Counted from the first letter of the whole stretch, positions 25,521-38,474 are shown. The stretch is 63,353 nt of DNA, filler included, from Octopus bimaculoides (GCF_001194135.2; 5 parts of 5 records of this genome joined end to end with filler, not necessarily neighbours in it); one strand, 5' to 3'. Notes: generated from the letters alone by a model not told the origin. Numbers and translations: made by a program.

Positions 25521-25997
25521 ATCCCAAAACATGGAACAAGAGTGCAACATACGACAATAAAACATCCGGACAGATAAATTATGCAAAGACGGACAACAAA
25601 AAGCAAGGAGTGGTCATTCGCAGCCTTCTCTCATCAGTCAAGCATCCAGATCATCCTTACAGTTTCGGACGGTTACTCTTAAGAGTGTTCAAATCTGATT
25701 GGCCCCAAAAATCTAAGCTAGAAGCATTAAATTTGGGAGGAGAAACTAAGCGAATGGTACAACAAAGAGAAAAAAAGCAGATAAAATGTTACACAGTTAC
25801 AAATACAAACAGCAAGAAAATAACAACAGGTGTCTTTCGACTAATAGAGATGGACCAAGTTGAGCTGGCGTGTGCAGAGTCAAAGCCTTGAGGCAGGAAC
25901 ATAGGAGAAAAACATAAGAGATGAAAGTCATGAGACAGGAATATAAGAGATTTCTTCGCTGCCCGGCAGTCGAACCAAGAAAGAAAGATCATGCTTG

Positions 25998-26039
<42 letters not shown>

Positions 26040-26345
26040 NNNNNNNNNNAGTGAAAAATATATAAAAGCAAGGAAAATGCACAGAAATTGCGTGCGTACG
26101 TGCGTGCGTTTTTGTGTATGTGCGTGTGTGTGTGTGCGTGCGTGTGTGTGCGTGTGTGTGCGTCTGTGTGTGTGTGTGTGTGTTTTATGAAATGAAATAT
26201 TTACATAGTTTCATTTATGCTGACCACGCTAAGTAGTTAATGATAATGTTACAATTTCATGATATCATAGATTTCAATCCACGTTAAGAGGAGGAAGAAC
26301 ACTTTGTAAATGAATCAGGAGGCAAATACATACAAGCACACGCAT

Positions 26346-26386
<41 letters not shown>

Positions 26387-26554
26387 GCTGATGCACGCAC
26401 GCACACATACACACACATCAATACCTTAAACTAAAGTGTTATTTTGCTCCCAGAAACTTCATTATTGGAGGAAAGCAAAGCATAGCATTAATTTTAATGT
26501 GGATTTTATCTTATGAAATAGCTGATTTTAATTATTATTAATATTATTATGTAG

Positions 26555-27000
26555 CTAAGGCAGCGTGCTGACAGAGAAGTTAGCACGCAGGGCGAAATGC
26601 TTAGCGGTATTTCGTCCGTCGCTTCATTCTGAGCTCAAATTCCGCCGAAGTCAACTTTATTTTTCATCCTTTCGGGGTCGATAAATTAGGTATCAGTTGA
26701 GTAGTGAGGGTCGATGTATCTGACTATCCCCCTCCCCAAAATTTCAGGCCTTGTGCCTATAACAGAAAGGATTATATAGCTTAAATGCAGTGAGTTGGCA
26801 GAGTTGGCAGCATGTTGGGTAAATGGTTAGCGACATTTCGTTCGTCTTTACGTTCTGAATTCAAATGCTACCGAGCTCGACTTTGCTTTTTGTTCTTTTG
26901 GGATCGATGAAATAAGTACCAGTTGAGTACTGGGGATCGATATAAACTACTTAGCCCCTTCCCTCAAAGTTGCTGGCCTTGTGTCAAAAATTAAAAGCAA
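26555..27000 (+). mobile_element. Two tandem SINE family B copies
   Basis: Two successive head, central-domain and GGCCTTGTG-tail units. Confidence 0.8.
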
Positions 27001-27304
27001 TATCATCATATAACTATTTAAATTACAATAATCATACACGGCCCCCAACACGCGTGTAGAATAAACTCCTTTCAACAAAATTACATGTAATTCAATACAA
27101 AAATATATACTTCATTTAGAAAAACATAACTCAATCAAAATAATATCGAATCTAATCAGACTTCTACACATTACACATTTAATAAAGAAAAATATTTGGA
27201 ACAAAATTTTATGTAATTCAATAAGAAATATATATATAATTCAATAATCAATACACACACATACACACATATATATTTATATTTGTGTATGTGTGTGTGT
27301 GTGT

Positions 27305-27341
<37 letters not shown>

Positions 27342-27364
27342 ATTCAATATGAAATATATGTACG

Positions 27365-27786
27365 TGTATAGTATTTACATTATTTACATTTGAGGGAGAT
27401 TTGTCCTCATTTTATGTGCTGCCTCTTTTAGTTTTCGCATTTCCCAGTGGTGTTCTCTGTCTATTATTTTAACTTCATTTCACAGAGGGAGGTGGTCTCC
27501 GTTTTTCCATACATGATCAGCTATACCCGATTTATCAATATCTCCTCATGTCACAGCTTTGCGATGTTCCTCTATCCTTATTTTGAGAGGGCACCATGTC
27601 TAGCCTTTGTATAACCTACCACAGCTGCATGGGATGGAGTACATGCAGTCTTTGGTCATATTCTCTTCTATTGGTGGTTTTACTCGAAGGAGATATTTGC
27701 GAAGTGTTGTATTACTCTTGAATACTGTCCTGACATCATATGGGCCCCCATATCTTTTGTATCTTTTCGGAGAGGCTTTTCACATA
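27365..27786 (-). mobile_element. Penelope-like (Poseidon-type) GIY-YIG remnant plus 3' tail
   Basis: Reads YDVRTVFKSNTTLRKYLLRVKPPIEENMTKDCMYSIPCSCGRLYKG*TWCPLKIRIEEHRKAVT*GDIDKSGIADHVWKNGDHLPL*NEVKIIDREHHWEMRKLKEAAH, then the tail ATGAGGACAAATCTCCCTCAAATGTAAATAATGTA. Confidence 0.9.
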
Positions 27787-29041
27787 NNNNNNNNNNNNNN
27801 NNNNNNNNNNNNNNNNNNNNNNNNNNNNNNNNNNNNNNNNNNNNNNNNNNNNNNNNNNNNNNNNNNNNNNNNNNNNNNNNNNNNNNNNNNNNNNNNNNNN
27901 NNNNNNNNNNNNNNNNNNNNNNNNNNNNNNNNNNNNNNNNNNNNNNNNNNNNNNNNNNNNNNNNNNNNNNNNNNNNNNNNNNNNNNNNNNNNNNNNNNNN
28001 NNNNNNNNNNNNNNNNNNNNNNNNNNNNNNNNNNNNNNNNNNNNNNNNNNNNNNNNNNNNNNNNNNNNNNNNNNNNNNNNNNNNNNNNNNNNNNNNNNNN
28101 NNNNNNNNNNNNNNNNNNNNNNNNNNNNNNNNNNNNNNNNNNNNNNNNNNNNNNNNNNNNNNNNNNNNNNNNNNNNNNNNNNNNNNNNNNNNNNNNNNNN
28201 NNNNNNNNNNNNNNNNNNNNNNNNNNNNNNNNNNNNNNNNNNNNNNNNNNNNNNNNNNNNNNNNNNNNNNNNNNNNNNNNNNNNNNNNNNNNNNNNNNNN
28301 NNNNNNNNNNNNNNNNNNNNNNNNNNNNNNNNNNNNNNNNNNNNNNNTATATATATATATATATATCGTATGCATGTGTATGGTGTATGTATATATATGT
28401 GTGTGTGTGTGTCTGTCTGTGTTTGTAATTGCGCTTGTGATTCTGTTTTGACATATTTTTCATAAAACAAGGTATCACGTGTTCACAAGTTTCCCATCTT
28501 CCTACGAACTTCTCATTCTTCAACATTTTTTTCTTATTATTTTTCTTTTTCTTTTTTTTTTTTTGCTCCATTTATTATCATTAGATTAACCTCAAACGGT
28601 ATTGGTTTTTTTACTTACATGACCTGATCAGATAACAAGGGAATTTAATTATATTGTTTTTTTCTAAATACAGTACTTTAAAAGTTTCGAAATTGCTACG
28701 GTACAAGTACGAGAGCGAAAACAAAGCAATTGTGACTGACTGATAGCTTTCTTTAGCAGGTGCTAACAAATCAAAAAGTTGTTGTTTGTCGTTTGTTTCT
28801 TTTTTTGTTTGTTTTTTGTAACGAGTTTCAAATTTATGCTGGAAATTCTCATGTCTCTTTCATTATCGGACATGCAGAGAATGCTCTTTCAATACAAGTA
28901 CACACACACACACACACACACACTCACACACACACACACACACACGCTCAAATACATACATACATACATATATGCATACATACATACATGCATACATACA
29001 TACATACATACATACATACATACATAATACACATAAATATA

Positions 29042-29100
29042 ACAGGGTGCTGAAAAGTACCTGGCTTTGAGGAAAAGAAAATCCTGCAGGAGTAGTTTAT
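29042..29100. mobile_element. Possible mariner-type terminal fragment
   Basis: GGGTGCTGAAAAGTACCTGGCTT resembles the end at 43147 (CTGAAAAGTTCCTGGC). Confidence 0.4.
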
Positions 29101-30172
29101 TATTACTAACTAGCAACAGTGACATCAACTCCCTCTAACTACATTGTCATGTCGTTAAAGGGAGACAATGCATACCGTACTGAACCAGTTTTTGACTAAA
29201 TATTTTCTTGAAATCAAACGAAATNNNNNNNNNNNNNNNNNNNNNNNNNNNNNNNNNNNNNNNNNNNNNNNNNNNNNNNNNNNNNNNNNNNNNNNNNNNN
29301 NNNNNNNNNNNNNNNNNNNNNNNNNNNNNNNNNNNNNNNNNNNNNNNNNNNNNNNNNNNNNNNNNNNNNNNNNNNNNNNNNNNNNNNNNNNNNNNNNNNN
29401 NNNNNNNNNNNNNNNNNNNNNNNNNNNNNNNNNNNNNNNNNNNNNNNNNNNNNNNNNNNNNNNNNNNNNNNNNNNNNNNNNNNNNNNNNNNNNNNNNNNN
29501 NNNNNNNNNNNNNNNNNNNNNNNNNNNNNNNNNNNNNNNNNNNNNNNNNNNNNNNNNNNNNNNNNNNNNNNNNNNNNNNNNNNNNNNNNNNNNNNNNNNN
29601 NNNNNNNNNNNNNNNNNNNNNNNNNNNNNNNNNNNNNNNNNNNNNNNNNNNNNNNNNNNNNNNNNNNNNNNNNNNNNNNNNNNNNNNNNNNNNNNNNNNN
29701 NNNNNNNNNNNNNNNNNNNNNNNNNNNNNNNNNNNNNNNNNNNNNNNNNNNNNNNNNNNNNNNNNNNNNNNNNNNNNNNNNNNNNNNNNNNNNNNNNNNN
29801 NNNNNNNNNNNNNNNNNNNNNNNNNNNNNNNNNNNNNNNNNNNNNNNNNNNNNNNNNNNNNNNNNNNNNNNNNNNNNNNNNNNNNNNNNNNNNNNNNNNN
29901 NNNNNNNNNNNNNNNNNNNNNNNNNNNNNNNNNNNNNNNNNNNNNNNNNNNNNNNNNNNNNNNNNNNNNNNNNNNNNNNNNNNNNNNNNNNNNNNNNNNN
30001 NNNNNNNNNNNNNNNNNNNNNNNNNNNNNNNNNNNNNNNNNNNNNNNNNNNNNNNNNNNNNNNNNNNNNNNNNNNNNNNNNNNNNNNNNNNNNNNNNNNN
30101 NNNNNNNNNNNNNNNNNNNNNNNNNNNNNNNNNNNNNNNNNNNNNNNNNNNNNNNNNNNNNNNNNNNNNNNN

Positions 30173-30246
<74 letters not shown>

Positions 30247-30958
30247 TGTGTGTGTGTGTGTGTGTTTGCGTATATATGCATGTATATTCACACACCATAA
30301 GGACGGCTGAAAGAATACTGAGTGAAACCTAGTAATCAGTTCATCTCGCAAGCGGTGCCTCATCTCAGTGAGGAGAGGCGATGCACAATAATGCCGTCGA
30401 TAGGAAGGCCCCTAAACGGCGCGCATTCTCTCCTGCTGACCCCATAAGCTTACTAGCATCAGCTATGCGGAGCTTTCAACTGGCAGCACTTGCATTTGCA
30501 AGTTGTTCGCAAAGAAAATTTGTTTGTGCTTAATCTAATATTGTTAATCTCAGCGTTTTCATTGTTGCTGGCAGTGTTATCGTTTTAAAAGACAAGGTGA
30601 TTATTGCGTAATACTTAATCATCTATGATCGAAAAGTCTAAAGCATGCATGTTGCCAGACAAATAGCCTGGTAGAACCCATATCTGTAGTTCTAGTTACA
30701 CCACGCTTTCGTCTACCTTAGCACTAGACTGCAAACGCCGACATTTACTGAACACTCGAATGAGAAGCACTTCTGCCGCCTGGACATGTTTTACTCTCCA
30801 CCACTTCTCATACTTTCAGTAAATTTTGAACATACAAGATATAACTGCTTATATTCTACGTTTATTATTGAAGTTGTGACTCCTAATTTACTTTCTACTA
30901 AATGGACTTTACATATATGTATGTGCTTATGTACATACACATATACACACACACATAT

Positions 30959-30989
<31 letters not shown>

Positions 30990-31104
30990 TACACACACAC
31001 ACACACACATATGTATATGAATATAGACGAATACAAACACACAAGTACGCATGTGTTTATATACACATGTATATATACGTATATACACATAAAAATATAG
31101 GTAG

Positions 31105-31158
<54 letters not shown>

Positions 31159-31193
31159 CATATACACACATATGCAGACATACGTGTTGTGTA

Positions 31194-31226
<33 letters not shown>

Positions 31227-31550
31227 GTGTGTATGTATGTAGTATGTATGTATGTATGTATTTATGTATGTATGTATGTGTGTGTGTGTATGTATGTGTG
31301 TATGTATGTGTGTATGTATGTATGTATATAAAACCTAAATTGAGTTAGCATAACCCATGACATAACTAATATACTGTTTACTCACTAATGTTAGTTTTTC
31401 TGTCCATTGACCAAACGTGCCACCTGGGAGCCTAGGTAGCATGTTTCTACACCATTTTCTTTGTTTACTATATATATTTTATGTGGAGCTATTACTAGTA
31501 ACTCCTGGTATTTTTATCTTTTAAGTGTGAGATATGTTTTTGTTGTTCAG

Positions 31551-31682
31551 TGAGCTGTTCTTTTTCAACTTCACGGCGAGAAAAGCTTTGGAGAAGAAAA
31601 AACAAAGTTTATTACATTGTGAAAGAGCAGCCAATAATGCTAGTTCGAGAACCGATGTTCTCCACATGTAGAGCAACTTCAT
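31551..31682 (+). other. Candidate 132-bp exon (SCSFSTSRREKLWRRKNKVYYIVKEQPIMLVREPMFSTCRATS)
   Basis: Acceptor tttttgttgttcag and donor CAT|gtaaga. One frame is open. No family recognised. Confidence 0.2.
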
Positions 31683-32080
31683 GTAAGATAGATGAGGGAG
31701 GCATTAATCATTGAAATACAAAGTAGATGAACAGCATCTGTCCGTCTTTTCTTCTATGGAAAAACTGGACTTACTCAGAGTCATTCATTTCGTGTAGTAA
31801 ATAAACAAACCTAGTTGTTCTTTAGCATTGTTAGGCGACGATTAATAAACGTGATTGCAATCTTTGAAGATATTTGCTGAGAATTATTTTTCCTTGTATC
31901 CTAAGTGATACATACAGAGAATTAGGACTCAGCAAGCGTTTGAGAGGAAGGCGTCCAATTTGGTTATTACAGAGGAAATAGTGGTTCCAACGCTAGAAAT
32001 GTCTCATTACTCATTACGAATCCAAGAAGCACCGGGAAGAGAATCTTTAAACTGTTGGTGTTCAGATGCAGTTGGTATAC

Positions 32081-32109
32081 CTTAGCTGAAGACTGACCGC
32101 CAGTCATTT
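32081..32109 (-). other. Candidate 29-bp micro-exon (MTGGQSSAK)
   Basis: Acceptor tctatatttattag and donor AAG|gtatac. A single frame is open. Confidence 0.18.
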
Positions 32110-32416
32110 CTAATAAATATAGACATTTGTGATTGGTTTTCCTTTACTGAAGTTGAATAACAGGCCTTGATTCTCGGCTATTGTTTCTTGTTACAATGGT
32201 TTATATTTAAATTCAAAACAACCATCTTCGCTTCCATACTGATGTGGATTCAAAGTTACAGATGAGAAATGTCAAAATAGTAAAAGAAAGGACGTACCCT
32301 AAATATTTCATTTCATTTATTAAAATTCATTTTCTAATATGCAGGACTGATTTGCTTCCTGGATTTTACATGATACTCAAAAGTGCATCCATAACGAAGT
32401 GATCTAAAATATGATA

Positions 32417-33650
32417 CTAGGTTGCGTCAAAAGTTTTTTCGTATTTCAAGCTTTAATAGTTCGAGCATATTATACATGTAAAGTGTTTATTCATCAAAGT
32501 ATATCCTGTCATATCCTGTCTATTCTCTGTTGCCATCGTTCTGCCAGAAGCTCGATTCCATATGGCTGTTATACCATTTGACTGTTTTCCAGACAAAAAA
32601 AAAACCCTGCACCCATTTTCAATCTCATCCTCTTGTTGAGCTTCCATCCGTACAGGAAATTAACCATGACTCAGAAAAGGTGGTAATCTGATGGTGCAAA
32701 GTTGGGACTGTAGGCAGGATGAGGCAGCACTTCCTGCCCTTCAAGTTCGTGCTTGGTCATAGTGAGAGAGTGTGCTGGGCATTGTCATGCTGCATAAGTG
32801 CACGTCTTCGATTGACCAATGTCGACCAATGTCGGATAGCGAGCTTTCAAAGTATCATATATTTGCTATAGTATTTGAGCATTAAGGTTAGTGTTCACTG
32901 CATAACCATCTGGTCCAAGCTCAAAGCATATTACCCCTCGAAATTCCATCAAACACACAAAATGACCTGTTTAAACCACCATTGTTTGATAACAGATTCT
33001 GAAGTCTGATCGGGACTAAACCACTGTTTTCTCTTATTGGGATTACGAAAATAGATCTATTTTCCAACCGCAGTTACAATTCGATGCCAAAAACAGGAAA
33101 CTTGAGGATTTGCCAGCATTTTTTTGTAAATATTCTCACGTCGTTGAGCCTACTCATTGGTCAGTTCATAAGAAGCTTCTCAACAGCGTCTGATCACAAG
33201 GCTGAGCTTACGGAAGTGTCGATTTATAGTGCTTTGTGAAGGACCAAGTTCTGCTAACAATGTACGAGAGCTGTGCTTGTCTATTGTTCAACCATTTGAA
33301 GAAAAGCCTCATCTTCCACAACAGACTGTCTCCCTGACCTTGGTTTGTCTTCAAGGCTAGTGTCACCTTCTTTGAAACGTCTGAACCAGTTTTGTACCAC
33401 ACGTTCTTTTACAGATCCGTGCCTTCCACATCATTTATTTCTTTTACATCCAATCCTTTCTTTCCACTCGTCATCAATGCTGTAAAATAAAGAATATACA
33501 ATTAATATTTATATGTTATATACGAAAATAATGAATTAACAGTTCAATAACGACTGGACAAGTTCTATCTAATATTAATGATATAACATTGAGATGCAAG
33601 TTGCCAAAGATCATCAGTGAAAATCCGAAGAGTCTTTGGATTCAGCCTGT
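32417..33650 (-). mobile_element. Full-length decayed mariner transposon
   Basis: Motifs RVVQNWFRRFKEGDTSLEDKPRSGR, FWHRIVTAVGK*IYFRNP, MQHDNAQH and EVLPHPAYSPNFAPSDYHLF. Degenerate TIRs (CTAGGTTGCGTCAAAAG versus reverse-complement ACAGGCTGAATCCAAAG) are flanked by TA at 32415-16 and 33651-52. Length about 1.23 kb. Confidence 0.92.
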
Positions 33651-34499
33651 TATTTGTAAAGAACCGAAAAGCTTTATCTATCAAACAGTTGACAACTTTG
33701 TTGAAGAAGAAAAAAATAAATTGAAACAAAACTAAGTAATGTTAATTTATTTATCGGTATGTAAATAAATTAGCGTTTAACTTTTTAAGGCAACATTCTA
33801 TTTTTAATTGTTGCATTTCTAATTATAATTTAATATATATTATGGAAATAATTTGGTTTTCTTTTTAATTATCTGAATTTGTCTTTGAAATCTTCTATAA
33901 AGCATATCAATCTCTTCAATGTTAATAATAGACTTTACTTTGTTTCGCCGATATCATCGTCCTCCACTCCGCCTCCTCTACCTCATCGTTATCATCACCA
34001 TTTGTGTTACATAGTTATTATCTGAAGATTCTTGTATTCTTTTATTCAATTTAATGGTTTCACTCTGTGAACAGTAATCATTCTTAACATCCTTTTCAAA
34101 GGTCTAATCGATCAACTCAATCGAAGTATCTATTTAATTATGGTTCTTATTTAATTTTCTCTACCTATTGACTCTCTAACTTACAGAACATAAACACCAA
34201 CAGTTTTTAAACAGAGGAATGTAAAACCATATATACACACATATATGTAAGCGTGTGTGAGCCTGTACATGTTCTCTTTCTCTAGTTGATTTAGAGTTAA
34301 TTTTAACCGGCACCTGCTTCGTAGCAAGGCATCTTGTTTCGTTCATCATTTAAGACGGTTTTACAGATTTTTATCATCCCAGATATCATAATCATTTGTA
34401 GTGTATGTTAATGGTTTCTACCTTTTATGCTACATGTACTTCGTAGGGATCTCTTTTTCTTGAACTGCCTGGAGGTAGCCTTCGAAATGGAGTGTCATA

Positions 34500-35330
34500 A
34501 TCTTGTAAGAACTTCACGCCAAGCTGTTGATGTGATCAATTCCTTTTATGGTTTGTGTTTTTGTGCCAAGTACCCAAGTATTACCTTCTCAGTAAACTAG
34601 TCCATTTTGGATTTTTTTTTTTTTTTGGTCTTGTTCTTTTGATAAATAGAATTTATCCTTGGGGAAAGATCCTTATCAACTCTTATTTTATGCTTCTCTT
34701 CAAGTTCATAGCTATCCTAATTTTGTTGTTGATTTCATGGTCACAAACTTGAGCAAGACAATTACTGGTCTCTTTCCTCTGAAACAGATGTAGTTTCAGT
34801 GTTACGAAACGGGCCTCATTGAACATCAAAACTAATTTGAGGCAACGGCCACCATCCTTGCTTGCCTACATCCCCATTGATGTTGACACTTCTTGTAACA
34901 CTGAGCAGCTTGCGAGTTCGAACATTTAACTCATTGGGCTTTTGTTGTGACCAGTTCAAAAGGCCAAATGCAAGCGTATGTATGTATGTCCAGCTCTCCA
35001 AACAACGTATGCATTTGCACAAAAAAATCTAGTCTACATCATTGGATGGAAACAAAGTCGCACTTGTTACATCAGAGGTTTCTTTCTCCTAGGGAGATGC
35101 CTAAACAAAAACTCGGGATTCTCTCACTCCTAGCCATTGGATGACCGCTGAATCAACAGAGTCCATCTGTCCTTTTATAGAATGAAAGCATGTGTCAGAG
35201 TAGGAGGTAAACTTTCTAAATCCCTGCTGCAAGAGGCACCCATAGTTACCACATCTGTGCGAAAGAGTGTCGATCCTTAGCAGGACCGAAAGGCCAATCT
35301 TCACTGCTAAACCTTAAAAGAACGATGAAG
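34500..35330 (-). mobile_element. Internal RT-region remnant of an R4-like non-LTR element
   Basis: LAFGLLNWSQQKPNELNVRTRKLLSVTRSVNINGDV resembles the R4-clade YSFG...W....L..LD..TRK.LT......P.SDV motif. Heavily degraded. Confidence 0.55.
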
Positions 35331-35477
35331 CAATAGCATTGTTCGAAATCGAATTGACGCCATCACGTGTGTGTGTGTTTTGTGCGCGTGTGTGGTGGTG
35401 TTCGCACGCGTGTGTGTGTATTTATGTATGTATACATATTGTATGTATACATATGTACATATGTATGTATACATATT

Positions 35478-35560
35478 GAAGTTAGCATAGTACGAGATTA
35501 CCTGCCTTGCTCGTTAACAGGAAGTGAACGAGGTTACCTGTCTCGTACTATGCTAACTTC
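35478..35560. repeat. Perfect 20-bp inverted repeat with inner stem
   Basis: GAAGTTAGCATAGTACGAGA (35478-97) and TCTCGTACTATGCTAACTTC (35541-60). Confidence 0.9.
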
Positions 35561-37381
35561 CTCTATATATATTTGGTTATCCATTCCAACGTTATTTCAC
35601 TTCTGCCAAACGGTCGTTGACAAACGTTTATCTCGCCACCTTCGGAAAATATAGGGTAAGTTCTCACCCTTCATTATATTATAGGTATACATAACAATAT
35701 ATACAGGCATGCATGTATGTATGTATGTCTCTTTACAGCAGGTTTCCGCAGAATGTACGCAATTTAACTTGCAAGCAATGATCGATCCGCGGCTATAACC
35801 GAAGACACCTGTCTAAGGTGCCAAGCAGTTTAAACCGAATCGGAAAACACGTAGTTGTGAAGTAAACTTCTTTACCGCATAACCATGAACATGAATTATA
35901 TGTAAAGTAATTTCCGTCTTTTCCTCTGAATATGAGACTGTATCACAAAGTAATGAATCAATACTGAGTTAAAGTAGATTATTATGGGAAATAACATACA
36001 AAAATTCAATTTTTCAATTATTATAAGTGGTTCGTGAAGTGTTGAAATTGTGGCCAAACACTCACCAGTGTCTCATTGCTGGTTCTACGTAGCCAAGACT
36101 ATTTTTAATTGAGCTTATCGATTTAGCTGTAAATAGTTGAATTCTCAAAGTTTCTCTTTGTATTTGCCTGATCAGAGATGAAAGCTCTCGCAGCAATCTG
36201 CTGTCTTCTAAATATATTTTTCGTGCGTACTATTCCAGCTTCAATCAAGTCAAACTGAGAATTCCAATTGTGTTTCAAGATAGTTTTACTGCTTTGGTGA
36301 ACAATTATAATGCTTAACCTAAAACAATTCTGTATATCTTCCTACTGGAGACAGGAATGTAGAAGTTCTATGTGGAACTTGATGGAGAACAATGATGACT
36401 ACACTTCACTCACAAAAGATATTACAACTAAGAAGTTACAATCTGGAGAAATTGTTCCATACAATCAGATACTTCCAATGATCACATTTAACCAGATGTC
36501 TCAGGGCTTACATCGCTACTCATCAACGAGACAGACTTTACCTGGATGACTATCTGAAACCGGAGAAGTTTTCTAAGATGGTTTAATCCTAACTACCCAT
36601 CACAGTATTCCTATCAGATAACCTGATGGTCGAACTGGCATGGTCTCTAAAAAAAAGATATAACCGATCTAGAAGATCGAACTCTGTGGGGAAACTAATC
36701 AAACTGTGCTTCTATTGGTGATTGTCTTTATGTTGGCTTATTAATGACTCTGATCCGAATAAAGTCTGAATTCGTTGATAGATGTTTTACCGAGTATTGC
36801 CACACTAACATTCTTGCAACTCTGGCTCAATAAGTATATGAGAGGTATAAGTTCGATGTTGATCCTGTTAATGAAGAGGGGATTGCAGCGCCATCACTCG
36901 AAATTCCTCGCTACTGAACAAGGATACGAGAAGCACTAAAAAGACTAAATCATTTAGACTTCACTGATTGCTTTGAATTGTATTTTCCGGGCTGGATACA
37001 TTAAAGTGTACTTTAGTTAAACGTTGCCAGCGCCAAATATTTATAATAAATATGGACGTCTATACTTGTGCTTCGTATACTGAAGATAAATGTATTAGCT
37101 CAATAAAATTATTGACTCTCATCTAATAATCCTCTTTATAACACTTAGTAATTCATTTTGAATGTCAATCATACGCATGTACGATTTACCTGCTGATCAC
37201 ATTTGATACTTATTTTTTGTTTCGTTTTTTTTTTCTTAAGTTACTGGACTACCGATTTACAAATTAGTTATTTCATTAATTATCTAAATTATCGATAATA
37301 AAACTGAAGTGAAGCATAACAAGTGAGTTTGCATTTATTGGCAGTACAACCCTCCCAAAATACAAAACACAACGACTGTTT

Positions 37382-37579
37382 GCGCTGTGCAGCGGCTCGT
37401 CGTAAATAAACGACAAGGTAACGGCGCTAAGCAGTGATGTGTATAAATACACACCTGTATCCAGTTCGGGTTGGAATGTGCACAAGCATATTTAAACGGG
37501 TAACAAGTTTGTATTTATACCCATCACTGCTTAGCGCTGTCACTTCGTATTCTATTTACAGTGAGCCGATGAATAGCGC
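37382..37579. repeat. Imperfect ~70-bp inverted repeat
   Basis: 37382-37451 matches the reverse complement of 37510-37579, with core GCGCTAAGCAGTGATG(T/G)GTATAAATACA. A third partial copy lies at 37801-37850. Confidence 0.85.
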
Positions 37580-38019
37580 AACCAGTTATTGAACAATAAT
37601 GGGAATATCATAAGAGAGACTTGTCTCTCGTGTCAATTCGCAGCGTCTGCTTTTCTAGTCTCTGCGACTGAAGAGAAGATAACCACTCCGAAATGTCTGC
37701 GTCCAACAGATTCTTAGGTGAGGCTGTGAGCTGACTCGATGTATTTGTCCACAGCGAGAAAACACAGTGAATGGCGTTCTTACGATTCGAACATGCCTCG
37801 AGCATATTTGAACTAGCAATAAGTTTGTATTTATGCACATCACTGCTTAGAGTATGACAAACGACAGACAAGAGGACGTTAATGGCATCCAACTGTGTGT
37901 AAGATAGTTTTGCAGAAGTGAGTATAAATATAATTAAGCGGAAAAAAAAACAGGGAAGTCAGAAAGTTCACAGTAGCTTTTCATAAATAGGTCGATAACC
38001 TGCAAGTTCATACTTTTTA

Positions 38020-38271
38020 TCTATGGACTCCTTTGATTACCATCTTATTCTGGTGGACCCCCGTAGTCATTCCCCGTAGTCATTCCTACTTCGTTTCTCA
38101 CACTTTAACCTGCGTAGGCTAACCTATGTAAAACGTTAGAGAAAGAAGCGTACTTGTTTCTTGTAATATATACCACTCCACACATCTTAAGCAAAATTTT
38201 AAGTAGCGTGGATCCCCAAGAATATTTTATGGATTCCCAAGGGCTATATGGACCCTGGTTGAGAACCACTA
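38020..38271. mobile_element. hAT (Charlie-like) MITE fragment
   Basis: Ends in GGTTGAGAACCACTA. Related copies occur at about 40962, 60265 and 61665-62580. Confidence 0.65.
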
Positions 38272-38272
38272 T

Positions 38273-38474
38273 TTGAATTCTCCTCTCTTTTATCTGTGGT
38301 ATTAGAACACCACAGGTAAAAGAGCGGAGAATTCAAGAGGTCCTTCAAAGAAATTCTTTATAGATAGGAAGGTAAACATCAAGACAGCTCCTGTATCGAC
38401 TATAAACTCTCCAGATATCTACCTACTTATCTATAAAGAATTGCTACGAAGGGTTTCTCGGATTCTCCTCTTTT
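38273..38474. repeat. Three-armed inverted repeat: 28-bp hairpin plus overlapping ~62-bp inverted repeat
   Basis: 38273-38300 pairs with 38309-38336 (one mismatch, one G-U, 8-nt loop). 38318-38380 also pairs with 38414-38474. Confidence 0.9.

Noticed and set aside
25409-25891. 160-aa plus-strand ORF with about 125 non-repetitive codons
   Set aside because: It starts in a microsatellite, has no recognisable domain and no convincing splice signals.
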